The notes under the pieces were generated by a model. It was not told where the DNA came from and ran no database searches. It saw only the letters and a program-made list of their open reading frames with translations. 45,785 nt of DNA, taken from IMG/VR virus record IMGVR_UViG_3300047462_000035, one strand, 5' to 3'. The DNA is from a virus. This document shows, piece after piece, positions 19,127 to 28,951 of the stretch; positions within the stretch are counted from its first letter, which is position 1, and each line of letters starts with the position of its first letter. The position numbers and the translations under genes were made by a program.

Positions 19127-19639
19127 TTAGACCGTGTTGACGCGCTGCCCGGTCATTTCGATAACCGCCAGCCCAGCCGCCGAAACCGTAAAACGTGTCA
19201 CCGACGCGCCCGGAATAAGCGTTGAACCGCCCGGAACAACCGTGCCCGATGCGAGAATAGATAATGCGCCGGTTGCATTGTTGAAAATAATGTTGTCGCC
19301 GATATTGCCAGCATCCGGCGTAGTAATGACCAAGCCTGAAGTTTCGGTCACAAGTTCCGCTTCGTCGCCGTCAGGCAGTTGCATTGTCGGTGCCAGCGGA
19401 CCGCCAACGGTTGTTCCGATGGAAGCGTAGACTTTCGGATTTGCGAGAATGCCCGCAAAATAACCCGTTCCGCCTGCCATCGCGACGCCTTCTGAAACGA
19501 CCGTGTACGCCGTCGCGCCAACGATGTTAGGAACGCCGTTGCTTTCAAGCTGAAACGGCTGTGAACGTTTCGGACCGTCAAAAATGATTTCGCCCGGCAC
19601 GCCCAAAGCCATTTGATTATAAACTGTCAACTGCGGCAT
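19127..19639 (-). CDS. Putative head decoration / cement protein
   Basis: 170 aa, Gly/Val/Thr-rich and likely beta-rich, lying between the scaffold and capsid genes. Confidence 0.4.
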   Translation of the reverse strand: MPQLTVYNQMALGVPGEIIFDGPKRSQPFQLESNGVPNIVGATAYTVVSEGVAMAGGTGYFAGILANPKVYASIGTTVGGPLAPTMQLPDGDEAELVTETSGLVITTPDAGNIGDNIIFNNATGALSILASGTVVPGGSTLIPGASVTRFTVSAAGLAVIEMTGQRVNTV

Positions 19640-19681
19640 CGTAGAACTTCCTTCTGAAAAATTGTTGCGAAATGCCTACAG

Positions 19682-21079
19682 TTAGGCGGCAGTTTTGGCA
19701 GGCGGTGCGCCATTAATCAGATTGTCAATCTGACCGCCCTTCTTCACAGGCGCAACGCCCGCATCAAGCCCGGTGCCATCCTGCACCTTGTTCTTGTGCG
19801 TCGGCACGCGGCCATGCAAATAAGCATTGATTGCCGTTACTTCCGCGCCAGCGGCAACGCCCGGAATTTTCAGCTTTTCAATACCGTATTTTGCAACGTC
19901 AACCGTTGTCATTTCAGCATGGTCAAACGTACCGACATATTCCTGAAGCTTGCCAGCCAAAGCGTCGCGCGCTGCCGTTTCGGTAAACACGCGGCGCGGG
20001 TCAGAAAGCTTTGCAATTTCGGTTTTGAAAGGTGCAACAGCAGCGTCAATAAGCTTTTGCACTTCGGCCGCATCCATGCCGGTGCCTGTCTTCGTTTTGC
20101 CGTCCATCGCCGTGCCTTTCTTTTGCATTTTGGGCTTGCCTGCTTCGTCCATGACCGGCTGGCCTTTTTCGTCCATGACCGGCTCCATATCGCTATCGCC
20201 AGTCATGACAGGCGGTGTCATGCCATCGCCAGCGGCAGGCGCGGGCGGGGTTAACTTCGAAACATGGTCCTGCATCTTCGCGAATTTCGGTCCCATTTCC
20301 TTCAAAAAAGCGTTCACGTCATCAAGCGACATTGGCGCGTCCGGTTCGGCGTCGGCTTCCTGTTCGGCCGCGTCAAACGTCGCAATATCAACAGTCTTAC
20401 CGTTAACGATTGAACCTAGCGGCAGCGTCCAACGAGAAAGCCAAGCCGCAACGCGCTTTTGATTGATTTTAGCCATGTAACTAAGTTCCTTGCTGTCAAA
20501 AGTTATTACCATAGTTCCGTCAACGTCTTCGCTGTCTAACACTGAAACGTCATCGCCCATTCTACCTGTAGGCACAAGCGCCAAATGATTAAAACGAATA
20601 TCACGTTGCACACAATCAAAAGGCTGACCTTTGTAAACCCCTGGCGTCCAATCATACTTGCACCGATAACCGCAAGATAAATTGTCTTTACCTTTTCGAA
20701 TAGCTGAAGCAAGCTTGCTTGAAAAAACTTTTATGTTGCCGTAAATCGTACCGTTAGCAAAGAAAACGTTTTCTCCAATAACTCCATCAACGCCTTTTTT
20801 AGCCGGGTCGGTGTATCCGCTTTCGGGCGGACCTAGCATTAAATGACCGTCAATCCAAGGCAACAATTTCAAACTGTTTAGCGTTTCCGGTTTTGAAAGT
20901 TCTTCAGCCGGACGATAAACATTATACATTTTCAAAGGATCAGGCGCACGAATGCTTGACCCTAAATACGGATAAACGCCAGCCTTAGACAACGGATTAT
21001 TTTTGACTTCATACCATCCGTTAACGTCAGGAATTCTAGCTGTAGTAGTTGCGCTCAAAACTGCCTCTCGTTTCCACAA
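19682..21079 (-). CDS. Scaffold / prohead-processing protein (DUF2213-like)
   Basis: 465 aa. '[21 protein letters not shown]' matches the DUF2213 N-terminal signature, and the helical Ala/Lys/Asp-rich C-half is scaffold-like. The start is uncertain: TTG at 21079, or TTG at 21058 preceded by GAGAGG. Confidence 0.6.
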   Translation of the reverse strand: MWKREAVLSATTTARIPDVNGWYEVKNNPLSKAGVYPYLGSSIRAPDPLKMYNVYRPAEELSKPETLNSLKLLPWIDGHLMLGPPESGYTDPAKKGVDGVIGENVFFANGTIYGNIKVFSSKLASAIRKGKDNLSCGYRCKYDWTPGVYKGQPFDCVQRDIRFNHLALVPTGRMGDDVSVLDSEDVDGTMVITFDSKELSYMAKINQKRVAAWLSRWTLPLGSIVNGKTVDIATFDAAEQEADAEPDAPMSLDDVNAFLKEMGPKFAKMQDHVSKLTPPAPAAGDGMTPPVMTGDSDMEPVMDEKGQPVMDEAGKPKMQKKGTAMDGKTKTGTGMDAAEVQKLIDAAVAPFKTEIAKLSDPRRVFTETAARDALAGKLQEYVGTFDHAEMTTVDVAKYGIEKLKIPGVAAGAEVTAINAYLHGRVPTHKNKVQDGTGLDAGVAPVKKGGQIDNLINGAPPAKTAA

Positions 21080-21109
21080 GCCCTAGCATTACCTAAAGAT
21101 TGCTGCAAA

Positions 21110-22591
21110 TTATTTTTTCCAATTTGTATGTACCATAGGTTTAGCTAATAGTTTGAACAAGTCTATAACTTCAGGAGAGTATTTGATGCCAGTGTTAACT
21201 CCGGCACTAACTTCAGATACAAACTCATGCGGGTTAGTAGTTGCGTATTTGCTGACTTGTTTAGCTATTTCTTTTTGATTGCCAAACCAATTATCTGGTG
21301 TATCGTAAAGTAAATGGGCCATTTCATGAACTAAAACGCCACGCGGATCACTTGTCGAGTTATATCCTGCAATCTTACTATGAAGCATTGCTGTAACAGG
21401 GTCTTTCCAAAATTTATGAGACTTGTTTATTAAAATGCCATTGTTAGGGCTTCCGATAGCTGCACCTGTTGTTTTTGGTCTAGCTTCAATAAATGTTTTA
21501 ACGCCAAGCTTTTGCAAAGCTACGCCAGCCAATTCTGCGTTTTTAGTAGCGTTTTTAGTCCATTTGATATCAGTTTTGGCTAAAGCTTCCGAATAATAAT
21601 CAGTGTAAGAAACTTTCGGATTTTCTATAATAGGAATATCGTTGCCAGGATTGCCAAACTTTTCTGCATCGCTAACAATATTGTTTGCTTCCTCTGAAGG
21701 CGTTTCTTCTTCAACTTCGTTTTTTTCATCGTCATCGGAAACGTCGTATTTTTCTAATACGTCATCAAGTATAGGCGTAAAGGTACACCTACAGTTAACG
21801 TCATCTCCTGGCATGACGTAATCGCCGCCGTTATCTCCAACTGGTAAACCTTTGTTTAAGTCAAACGTTTTTCCGTCGGCTTCAACGTGCAACGGTCTTG
21901 GATGCTGCGAACCACCAGAATGCAACCATTCGCCTTTTCCAATGCCAATTTGACGCATACGCGAAGCGTTAAGTGAGTTAAATGTTTTTCGCGTTTGGTC
22001 CATTGCTGTATTATGCGCCCAATTTTTAACTGTGCTTCCATACTTTTCTAAATACGGTTGCAAATCTTGCAAACCGTTTCCGTTTTGAATGGAATTGTAA
22101 ACAGCCGCCGAAACGTCCGACAAATATTTGTCAGGTATAGACTTAATAAAATCAGTAGCACGATTTACTGAAGCTTTTAAAATTTCAATAGTTGCAGCGT
22201 CTAGCAACTTTGGATCAAGCGATAAAGCCGCGCCTTGGTTAACTAAGTTTATCTGACCGACATTAGCTTGACTTTGTTGCGTGCTATTTTGGTTTATATC
22301 CGCAACCATTTGTTGCGCTAATGTCGTAGATAATGCGCCGAAAAGATTTTGGAATTGACGTTGAAAAGTATTCAACAAAATACGCGATTGACTGCCCACA
22401 GTAGCGGCATCCATTGCGGTATCTTCAAACGCCTGCATGTGCGTCATAGCCGGTTCGCTTTTATAAAGCTTTTCAATCGCCGAATTAACGGCGTTGACCA
22501 TAGCTTCAACCGGCTGATTTATTTTTGACGTGAACCTTGCTTGCGCGCCAACGCTAATCCGAAACGGAACGCCTTTGACCTTGAACGCCAT
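21110..22591 (-). CDS. MuF / SPP1 gp7-like minor head protein fused to a C-terminal HExxH metallopeptidase-like domain
   Basis: 493 aa. The MuF signature 'GDDVNCRCTFTPIL' is at aa 262-275 and the acidic linker 'DVSDDDEKNEVEEETPSEE' at aa 283-301. The ~190-aa C-domain carries 'HEMAH' (aa 422-426) and 'NPHEFVSE' about 27 aa later. Confidence 0.8.
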   Translation of the reverse strand: MAFKVKGVPFRISVGAQARFTSKINQPVEAMVNAVNSAIEKLYKSEPAMTHMQAFEDTAMDAATVGSQSRILLNTFQRQFQNLFGALSTTLAQQMVADINQNSTQQSQANVGQINLVNQGAALSLDPKLLDAATIEILKASVNRATDFIKSIPDKYLSDVSAAVYNSIQNGNGLQDLQPYLEKYGSTVKNWAHNTAMDQTRKTFNSLNASRMRQIGIGKGEWLHSGGSQHPRPLHVEADGKTFDLNKGLPVGDNGGDYVMPGDDVNCRCTFTPILDDVLEKYDVSDDDEKNEVEEETPSEEANNIVSDAEKFGNPGNDIPIIENPKVSYTDYYSEALAKTDIKWTKNATKNAELAGVALQKLGVKTFIEARPKTTGAAIGSPNNGILINKSHKFWKDPVTAMLHSKIAGYNSTSDPRGVLVHEMAHLLYDTPDNWFGNQKEIAKQVSKYATTNPHEFVSEVSAGVNTGIKYSPEVIDLFKLLAKPMVHTNWKK

Positions 22592-24192
22592 TATGCGCCG
22601 GGCGTTGGCGCTACGCGGACCGCCGCCGCCTTCACAGGCTTGACTACAGCCGCGCCTATATCGCCCGGTGCGGCATTCGGGTCACCGTTGCCTTGACCGC
22701 CCTGATTGCCCCCTGTTTTGCCGCCTGCGCCTTGTGTAACTTGTGCAGGCAGTTGTGGAGCGGAAAGCGGAAGGCCATTGTAGCCGCTATCAGGATCATT
22801 AACGACTCGCTCTCGAATATCCTGACCGTCAATCGCACCTGTACTAGCAAGCGTGCTGTCAACCTGTGCTTTTTGAAGATTAAGCGCTGCTTGCTCTTGT
22901 GCTGTCATTGCGTCTAGCGGTTTCCATACAGCGGTTACGGCAAACGGTTTAATACCGAAAGCCGGAACAATGTCTGAAGCGATAACTAATTTATGGTGCA
23001 TTTCGAGCATAGGCGTCAAATCATTTTCTTGAAGGCTTTCTAAGCTTTCATGATATGAACTTTCTTCAAACTCGCCAGTTGAATTGAAGCCTTTGGGTTG
23101 CGTACCTAAAAGTTTCGTTCCTGGCACTTCGGCAATAGCCGCGACAAGCTGATATTGCGTCATTATAAGGTTATCCATGTCGCCTAAAGCTGTATCGTGT
23201 TGGTCTATTTTTTCTTCCATACCAGCAACTTTAATGCCGTAGTTATCGCGAAACGCCGCCCATTGTTGCATTTTTTGTTCAAATGTTGTCGGGTCAGTCA
23301 CAGCCGTTTCAACGTCAGCGTTAATCGTAGTTAGCCGCTTGGTCATAGCAAGCATTGGTGCTTCGTTTGCAGTTCTTTCAGCCGCATAAACACGCTCATA
23401 AATGCGTTGCGGAACACTGACGCCGCCATAATTATAGTTTGGCTTCAATATGTCAGCAACTTCGCCTGTTGTAAAAATCGCTAAATGCGAATGATGAATA
23501 AGCGTGCTACCGACTTGCCAGAAAGTCGGTTCATAAAAATTCAGATCAATCGGGTTTGACACGTTTACGTTTGTAAGTTGCGGCACCATCCAATAAGGAT
23601 CAATTTGCGAAATACCTTTGTAGCTATACGGTTTAATACCATCTATATTGAATGGCTTTGCGTAATAGTCAGGGTCATCACTTTCTACGACAAACAAGGC
23701 AACGCGAATGCCGAATATTTTTCCTTTACGAATAAACTCTGACATATTCTTTTTTATTTTATATGCTTTGTCAGCTTCGCGCATTTTATCTAAAACTTTA
23801 GCATCAACTTGTTGCCCGTCATTAACGGTTATTTCGTAACCATTTCTTACTGCATCGCGACCCGGCATAGAACAAGCTTTTTCAATAAGCCAATGTTGCG
23901 CCATGTAAGCGCAAATTTGATAACCGACAAAACTTTGCTGAATATACCAAAACAAAACGGCTTCAGGAACGCCGCCTTGCATAAGCAAACCGTTTTTAAT
24001 CAACGTTGAACTGTCAAAGCCGTCCATACCAGTTTCGCCAACTGGCGTTGATGCGTCGATATATGTTGCCTTTGGCAACTTAATTTCAGGCAATTTGATT
24101 TGCTTGCGCTCGCGTACAGCAAAGTCAGGATGACTAAAATAGCCTTCTTTTTTGATTACGACTGGCGACGTTTTATTCTTACGGCCAAACAT
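22591..24192 (-). CDS. Portal protein (DUF1073-type)
   Basis: 533 aa between terminase large and MuF, the canonical position. The C-terminal tail is Gly/Gln/Ala-rich. Confidence 0.8.
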   Translation of the reverse strand: MFGRKNKTSPVVIKKEGYFSHPDFAVRERKQIKLPEIKLPKATYIDASTPVGETGMDGFDSSTLIKNGLLMQGGVPEAVLFWYIQQSFVGYQICAYMAQHWLIEKACSMPGRDAVRNGYEITVNDGQQVDAKVLDKMREADKAYKIKKNMSEFIRKGKIFGIRVALFVVESDDPDYYAKPFNIDGIKPYSYKGISQIDPYWMVPQLTNVNVSNPIDLNFYEPTFWQVGSTLIHHSHLAIFTTGEVADILKPNYNYGGVSVPQRIYERVYAAERTANEAPMLAMTKRLTTINADVETAVTDPTTFEQKMQQWAAFRDNYGIKVAGMEEKIDQHDTALGDMDNLIMTQYQLVAAIAEVPGTKLLGTQPKGFNSTGEFEESSYHESLESLQENDLTPMLEMHHKLVIASDIVPAFGIKPFAVTAVWKPLDAMTAQEQAALNLQKAQVDSTLASTGAIDGQDIRERVVNDPDSGYNGLPLSAPQLPAQVTQGAGGKTGGNQGGQGNGDPNAAPGDIGAAVVKPVKAAAVRVAPTPGA

Positions 24193-24202
24193 AGCAAACC
24201 TT

Positions 24203-25843
24203 TCAACTAAACATGCCCGCCGCCTTCTTTTTCTTCGGCGCGAACAACATCATAATTACGTCAGCCAAGTTAGGCGACTTCGTGCCATCCGGTGCCTTGT
24301 CTATCAGGATTTTGCCCAAGGTTGAAATAGAATAAGTTGGCTGTGATAGTTCAATTTTCAGCTTATCAAGTTGTGGCAAATCGTGCGGCAAGCTTATTAT
24401 TTCGTCACGATCAAATTCGTAAAACTCGCCTTTGACTGAAGCTTCAACAGCACGAAACGTTTCTTGAAACCGTCGCCTTAATTCCCACCACGATTGCGCT
24501 TTATAGTTAGCAAAAAAATCTTTATTCTTACGACCGTTTTTGTCTTTCTTGACGCGCCTATCTACAAGCCCTTCAGGGTCAGAAACTTCGCCCGAACCGC
24601 GAAAAGCGTCTACGTCAATTTCTGGTATGTTTTGCGCTTTCCGTCTATCGTTAATCGCTCGACTATCCCCTCGCACGCCAGCGCCTAAACCGTCAGCATC
24701 ATACGCGACTTTTAAGCAGTCGTTATCATCACACAACAAAAACATTTTTTCTACTGTGTTGAGAATATCGCCACCTTTGCCTGACCATGACGCAAGAGAC
24801 TTTATCTCAATTCCTTTCCGAGTGCCGAAAGCATTTAAGTCAATGCCTTGGTCAGCAACGTCTAACGCACCGAAAGTTTCGCCTGTAGGCACAATTCCCA
24901 AAGCATCGGCCGCGCCAATCGCCGCGTTTATCCAAAGCGACGGAATGACTACGCCTTCAACTGAAGCCTGATAATCAATATCAATTTCTTGAGCAAACGT
25001 AACAGGGTCTAAATCGTTCTTTTGTTTTTCATACCATGCCGCGTCTTTGCGCGGGTCAGATTGCCAGTTGTAAGTAAAAACTTCTATCTTGCCGCTAAAT
25101 CGTTTTTGGGCAAACGGGTTAGCCATGCCGGAAACGCTAGAAATATCTTGCCTACAATTTGTCGTTTGACTAAGCGACGCTTCGACTAATTGCGGTCTAG
25201 CTAAATGTGCCGCTTCGTCAACAAAATAAATTGAAGTTCTATCACCGCGTCCAATACCGTCGCCAGCTTCGCCGGTCATATAAGAATTTGTTTCAGGAAA
25301 AATAATTCTCATGTGTGGCGCATGTTTTGCAACGTCCCATCCGCCGCGAAATTCGACTGGCAAATTCTCCATAAAATATCGTGCTTTCCAAAACAGCGAT
25401 TTTGGATCACCTATTTTATCTACATAGTCTTCTTTGCGCGAACCAAAGCCAATCACAAAACCTTCGTTGTGCAGACATAGCGTGCATGACAAAGCTAGCG
25501 CTGTCCATGATATGCCCATGTCTCGCGTTTTTTCTGTCAAACCCGGCTTACGCTCGCGCCATTTACGAAGAATAAAATCTATCCATTCTTGTTGTTTTTC
25601 AAACAGAATGAAAGGAAGCATCATAGGCAATTCTTTACCGTCAGGCGTTGTCAGCCCGGCATTGCGCGGATCAAAGGTCATTCCCCAATCGTTTATAAAA
25701 TTGACAGGATTTAGCTTATAGAAAGCTTTTAATGCTGGTATTGTTTCAGGATTTTGCCTTATGCGCTGCAACCGTTCAATACGCCAACGATAGACTTTTT
25801 CATAATCCGGCCGTAAAAAATCAAACTCAAAAGGCAACGGCAC
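24203..25843 (-). CDS. Terminase large subunit
   Basis: 546 aa. Walker A-like 'EKTRDMGISWT', Walker B 'SIYFVDEAAHL', and a C-terminal nuclease-size domain. Confidence 0.85.
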   Translation of the reverse strand: MPLPFEFDFLRPDYEKVYRWRIERLQRIRQNPETIPALKAFYKLNPVNFINDWGMTFDPRNAGLTTPDGKELPMMLPFILFEKQQEWIDFILRKWRERKPGLTEKTRDMGISWTALALSCTLCLHNEGFVIGFGSRKEDYVDKIGDPKSLFWKARYFMENLPVEFRGGWDVAKHAPHMRIIFPETNSYMTGEAGDGIGRGDRTSIYFVDEAAHLARPQLVEASLSQTTNCRQDISSVSGMANPFAQKRFSGKIEVFTYNWQSDPRKDAAWYEKQKNDLDPVTFAQEIDIDYQASVEGVVIPSLWINAAIGAADALGIVPTGETFGALDVADQGIDLNAFGTRKGIEIKSLASWSGKGGDILNTVEKMFLLCDDNDCLKVAYDADGLGAGVRGDSRAINDRRKAQNIPEIDVDAFRGSGEVSDPEGLVDRRVKKDKNGRKNKDFFANYKAQSWWELRRRFQETFRAVEASVKGEFYEFDRDEIISLPHDLPQLDKLKIELSQPTYSISTLGKILIDKAPDGTKSPNLADVIMMLFAPKKKKAAGMFS

Positions 25844-25845
25844 AG

Positions 25846-26337
25846 CTAACCTAACAGGCTGTGATATACGCGCGTGACTTCGGCTGGGTTGTGAGTGTCA
25901 ATGGAAAGCGTGGCGTTCTGTTGAAGGTTTTGATTGTTATTCATGATCACAACGCGATTATCAGCAGGCTTAACCGTCCATCCGCGCAACTCGCGAAGTT
26001 CTTTCATAAGCTTCGCGTAAATTTCGTCATCCGTGCAATCGTCCATTCGCGCCTCTAAATCGCGAATATGTTCAAGCATGTGTTTTGGCCGAATGAAAGC
26101 GTCATAGCCATATTCGTCAACAAGTTCATCTTTCAGCTTCAGAAAGTCAGGATGTGAATCGAGCAAAGACATAAGCATGTGAGCACGCGGCAAATCATCG
26201 CCCGCCAACGCCATAGCTTCGCGATTGGCAACCTTGCGACCGCGTAACACAGCGCCAGCGTATGCCTCGCAAATCTCTTGCGTTATCCAAGAAACATCGC
26301 GGCCGAATGGGCAATATATGTCAATTTGTGTCCGCAT
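25846..26337 (-). CDS. Putative terminase small subunit
   Basis: 163 aa immediately upstream of terminase large. Called from position only. Confidence 0.4.
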   Translation of the reverse strand: MRTQIDIYCPFGRDVSWITQEICEAYAGAVLRGRKVANREAMALAGDDLPRAHMLMSLLDSHPDFLKLKDELVDEYGYDAFIRPKHMLEHIRDLEARMDDCTDDEIYAKLMKELRELRGWTVKPADNRVVIMNNNQNLQQNATLSIDTHNPAEVTRVYHSLLG

Positions 26338-26343
26338 GACGCA

Positions 26344-26934
26344 TTACAAAAACTCGATCACGGTTATATCAAGTGAGTTCAAATTATATTTAACATTCGT
26401 TTGTTGCTGTTGCAAGTCTATCCAATAGGTTGTCCCTACGGTAAATTGAATTGTAGACTTGAAAAATATTTGTTCGTTTACGTCGCCCACAGTTCCGCCA
26501 CCTATGGCTGTTGCAGCAATCCATGACGCTACCTGTCCAAAAACCGTTCCTCTAGCTGTAGCATTTACAGCGGGCGCGCTACCTGTTCCGTATGACCCTT
26601 GAACGCCTATGCCATAACCAGCGCCGGTTTGACCCGAATTATAAGCCTGCATTGTTATTAATACTAAAACTTTACCAGTTACTTTAGGTGTAAAAGGCAC
26701 AGCTAGACCGGCTTGAACAAAAGTATTAGCAGGAGTCGGGGCGGTAACAGTCGCGACATAATTTTGATAATATGCAAAAGACGGCAGTAAAGACGCATCG
26801 GCAACGCCAGAAGCATTTAAGCCAAAAATTTGTCCGGCATTTGCAATGCCAGAACTAACAAGCAAAGCTTTAAAACGGTTTGATATTCCGCTAACAATAT
26901 CAGTAAATGTCGAATTGCTTTGACCTAATGACAT
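26344..26934 (-). CDS. Short fibre-like protein, paralogue A
   Basis: 196 aa. The N-terminal 'GLNASGVADASLLP' matches the LDxxGKIPxxxLP-type motif of phage fibre proteins. About half its residues are identical to 26935..27519. Confidence 0.6.
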   Translation of the reverse strand: MSLGQSNSTFTDIVSGISNRFKALLVSSGIANAGQIFGLNASGVADASLLPSFAYYQNYVATVTAPTPANTFVQAGLAVPFTPKVTGKVLVLITMQAYNSGQTGAGYGIGVQGSYGTGSAPAVNATARGTVFGQVASWIAATAIGGGTVGDVNEQIFFKSTIQFTVGTTYWIDLQQQQTNVKYNLNSLDITVIEFL

Positions 26935-27519
26935 TTAAAAAAATTCTTGCAACGTAATGTCTAGTAAAGCAAGCGAACATTTGCTAACCGTATTTAGAGG
27001 GAATTGCTGCAAATCAAACCAATATAATTGTCCGACTGTCAGCACAACAGTAGACTTAAAAAATATTGGTTCATTAACGTCAGCAGCTACCACCGTAGTT
27101 GTAGCCTGCCAGCTTGCTTGCGAGCCAAAAGCTGTTCCCGTTGCCGCTACGTTGTTTGCTGGCGCGGTGCCTGTTCCGTATGACCCTTGAATGGTTATGC
27201 CGTTGCCAGCGGCAGTCGCATTAGAGTCTTTAATTTGCGCCTGGACCATAACTAAAACTTTACCAGTTACTTTAGGTGTAAAAGGCACAGCTAGACCGGC
27301 TTGCGTAAACGACGTAGAAGCTGGCGCGGTCACAGCCGCCGCGCTGCCTTGATACAAAGCACATGCAGGCATCATTGACGGATCAATAACGCCAGAAGCA
27401 TTCAAGCCGACAACTTGCCCAGCACTAGCCACGCCCAAACTCGCCGTCAGTGCTGTAAAACGTGTTCTAACTCCGTTGACTATATCAACAAAAGTTGAAC
27501 TGCTTTGGCCTAATGCCAC
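26935..27519 (-). CDS. Short fibre-like protein, paralogue B
   Basis: 194 aa with 'GLNASGVIDPSMMP'. Its stop abuts the start of paralogue A with no intervening base. It shares a perfect 53-bp block with A. Confidence 0.6.
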   Translation of the reverse strand: MALGQSSSTFVDIVNGVRTRFTALTASLGVASAGQVVGLNASGVIDPSMMPACALYQGSAAAVTAPASTSFTQAGLAVPFTPKVTGKVLVMVQAQIKDSNATAAGNGITIQGSYGTGTAPANNVAATGTAFGSQASWQATTTVVAADVNEPIFFKSTVVLTVGQLYWFDLQQFPLNTVSKCSLALLDITLQEFF

Positions 27520-27528
27520 GTTTCAAAA

Positions 27529-28041
27529 CTACTGTGCAACGGCGGCTTGTGGCGCAAATTCCAAAATAGTTGCCGAAAGCGCAACGCCAACTTGCTGCAA
27601 TAGCGTTCCCGTTGTAGTCGGCAAATTAGCCGCTAAAATTGGCGTCCCAACTGTGCCGAGATAATACGTAGCGCCCGGAGTTAAACCAGTTAAGCCGGTT
27701 ATTTGACCCGTCAAATAAACCGTTGCGTTAGCAGCACTCGCGAAAGCCGCCAAAACGAAACCGTTTGCGGATTTTGCTGTATTGCTGTTGTCGGCATTTC
27801 GTACCGCAACAGCGCCAGCGTTTGTATAAACATTGACCAATGCACCGGCCGCGATTGCCTCACTTGCCGCAATGACGGCCGTATTAGGACCAATGCCGTT
27901 AGGCATCATTGTCAAGTCAAGCTGACCGCTCGCGTTCAACTGAGGAATAGTGTTTGCATTGCCCGCACCGCCCAAAAGCGAAGCCGTCAAAAGCTTAAGC
28001 TGACCGCCAACCCAAGAAATAAACGTGTTGCCTGACGCCAT
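27529..28041 (-). CDS. Short fibre-like protein, distant third member
   Basis: 170 aa with 'QLNASGQLDLTMMP' at the N-terminus and a different C-terminal domain ('TPGATYYLGTVGT...LLQQVGVALSATIL'). Confidence 0.55.
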   Translation of the reverse strand: MASGNTFISWVGGQLKLLTASLLGGAGNANTIPQLNASGQLDLTMMPNGIGPNTAVIAASEAIAAGALVNVYTNAGAVAVRNADNSNTAKSANGFVLAAFASAANATVYLTGQITGLTGLTPGATYYLGTVGTPILAANLPTTTGTLLQQVGVALSATILEFAPQAAVAQ

Positions 28042-28056
28042 GTTGAAAAGCCTTTC

Positions 28057-28515
28057 TTATTCGATTGTGACTGGTAAAGACGGTCTAACGAAAACGGTTG
28101 TCGGTCCTATCGCTTCTGCAACTGCAAATATCACGCCAGCATTAGGGAAGGTTTGAGTTAATAGGCCGGTTGAGTCAAGAAAAATAGACTCGCCCGGTAT
28201 CCAATCCCAGCCGGTTTCAGTAACCAAGCCGTTTCCGCAAACCGCGATTGTCCCCCCAGCTAGACCGCCCTGGATGGCAATGCCCACAAATAGCGCGGCA
28301 TCTTGGGCAGTATCGGCTTTTGCAGGCTGACCTAGACCGCCAGAAAGCGCGACGGCTTGCCCGCCGCTCACAACGGCCGAAAGCACAACCGGAAACGATG
28401 CGCCGCCTGACGGTCCTACAGGGCCTTGGGGACCGGGCGGGCCTTGTTCCAGCACTAGCACAACCGTAATCGGTCCTGGCACGTCTACAATGACTTGTGT
28501 GACGCTATTAGACAT
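28057..28515 (-). CDS. Fibre-like protein with a short collagen-like segment
   Basis: 152 aa with 'GPPGPQGPVGPSGG' (four G-X-Y triplets plus GG). The C-terminal pattern 'PGESIFLDSTGLLTQ...AVAEAIGPTTVFV' parallels the C-domain of 27529..28041. Confidence 0.55.
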   Translation of the reverse strand: MSNSVTQVIVDVPGPITVVLVLEQGPPGPQGPVGPSGGASFPVVLSAVVSGGQAVALSGGLGQPAKADTAQDAALFVGIAIQGGLAGGTIAVCGNGLVTETGWDWIPGESIFLDSTGLLTQTFPNAGVIFAVAEAIGPTTVFVRPSLPVTIE

Positions 28516-28933
28516 TATCGACTACTTGCGCCGAAATTAAGAAAAACTCTGTATAAACCGTTTGCGCGGTGCCGTCAGAAAATACAATTTTCAACGCACC
28601 TTTCGCCAACGTGTTAGGCCATGTTTCGGTTGTAGCTTCAGCAACCGTCAAAGCGATGCTTCCCGTAGCCGGGTTTGTTATCGTTATTTGCCCGCTCGCA
28701 TCGTTTGAGGCCGCTTGAAAAATCGAATATTGATTGTCAGGATCAGGCGATATTAAACCGTATCCTGCAACACAACCCGTCAAATTGTAAGGAACAAAAA
28801 CAGGCGGAACAGCGTCGCTCATATTGCCGACTTGCCATTGTCGTTTAAAGGCATCGCCCGCGACAGACTGACCGGCTGTTGAACAACTCATTTCTACCTC
28901 ACAAAAAGCCGGGCCGGTTTCCCAGCCCGGCAA
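28508..28933 (-). CDS. Hypothetical protein (beta-rich, possibly virion-associated)
   Basis: 141-aa ORF. The real start may be an internal Met ('MSCSTAG' or 'MSDAVPP'). Confidence 0.45.
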   Translation of the reverse strand: MPGWETGPAFCEVEMSCSTAGQSVAGDAFKRQWQVGNMSDAVPPVFVPYNLTGCVAGYGLISPDPDNQYSIFQAASNDASGQITITNPATGSIALTVAEATTETWPNTLAKGALKIVFSDGTAQTVYTEFFLISAQVVDNV

Positions 28934-28951
28934 GCCCTGGTAGACTAGGCG

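Noticed and set aside
19796-20462. Plus-strand ORFs 19796..20254, 19950..20462 and 20215..20406 opposite the scaffold gene
   Set aside because: They are shadow ORFs of an Ala/Lys/Asp-rich coding region. Their composition is implausible (Arg/Ser/Cys-rich).
24540-24971. 143-aa plus-strand ORF inside the terminase large subunit gene
   Set aside because: It is antisense to a gene with clear Walker motifs and has no independent signals.
26663-27303. Diversity-generating retroelement (template/variable repeat) as the explanation for the 53-bp identical block
   Set aside because: No reverse transcriptase gene is present anywhere in the genome. The identical block shows no adenine-specific mismatches, and the two copies lie at equivalent positions of tandem paralogues.
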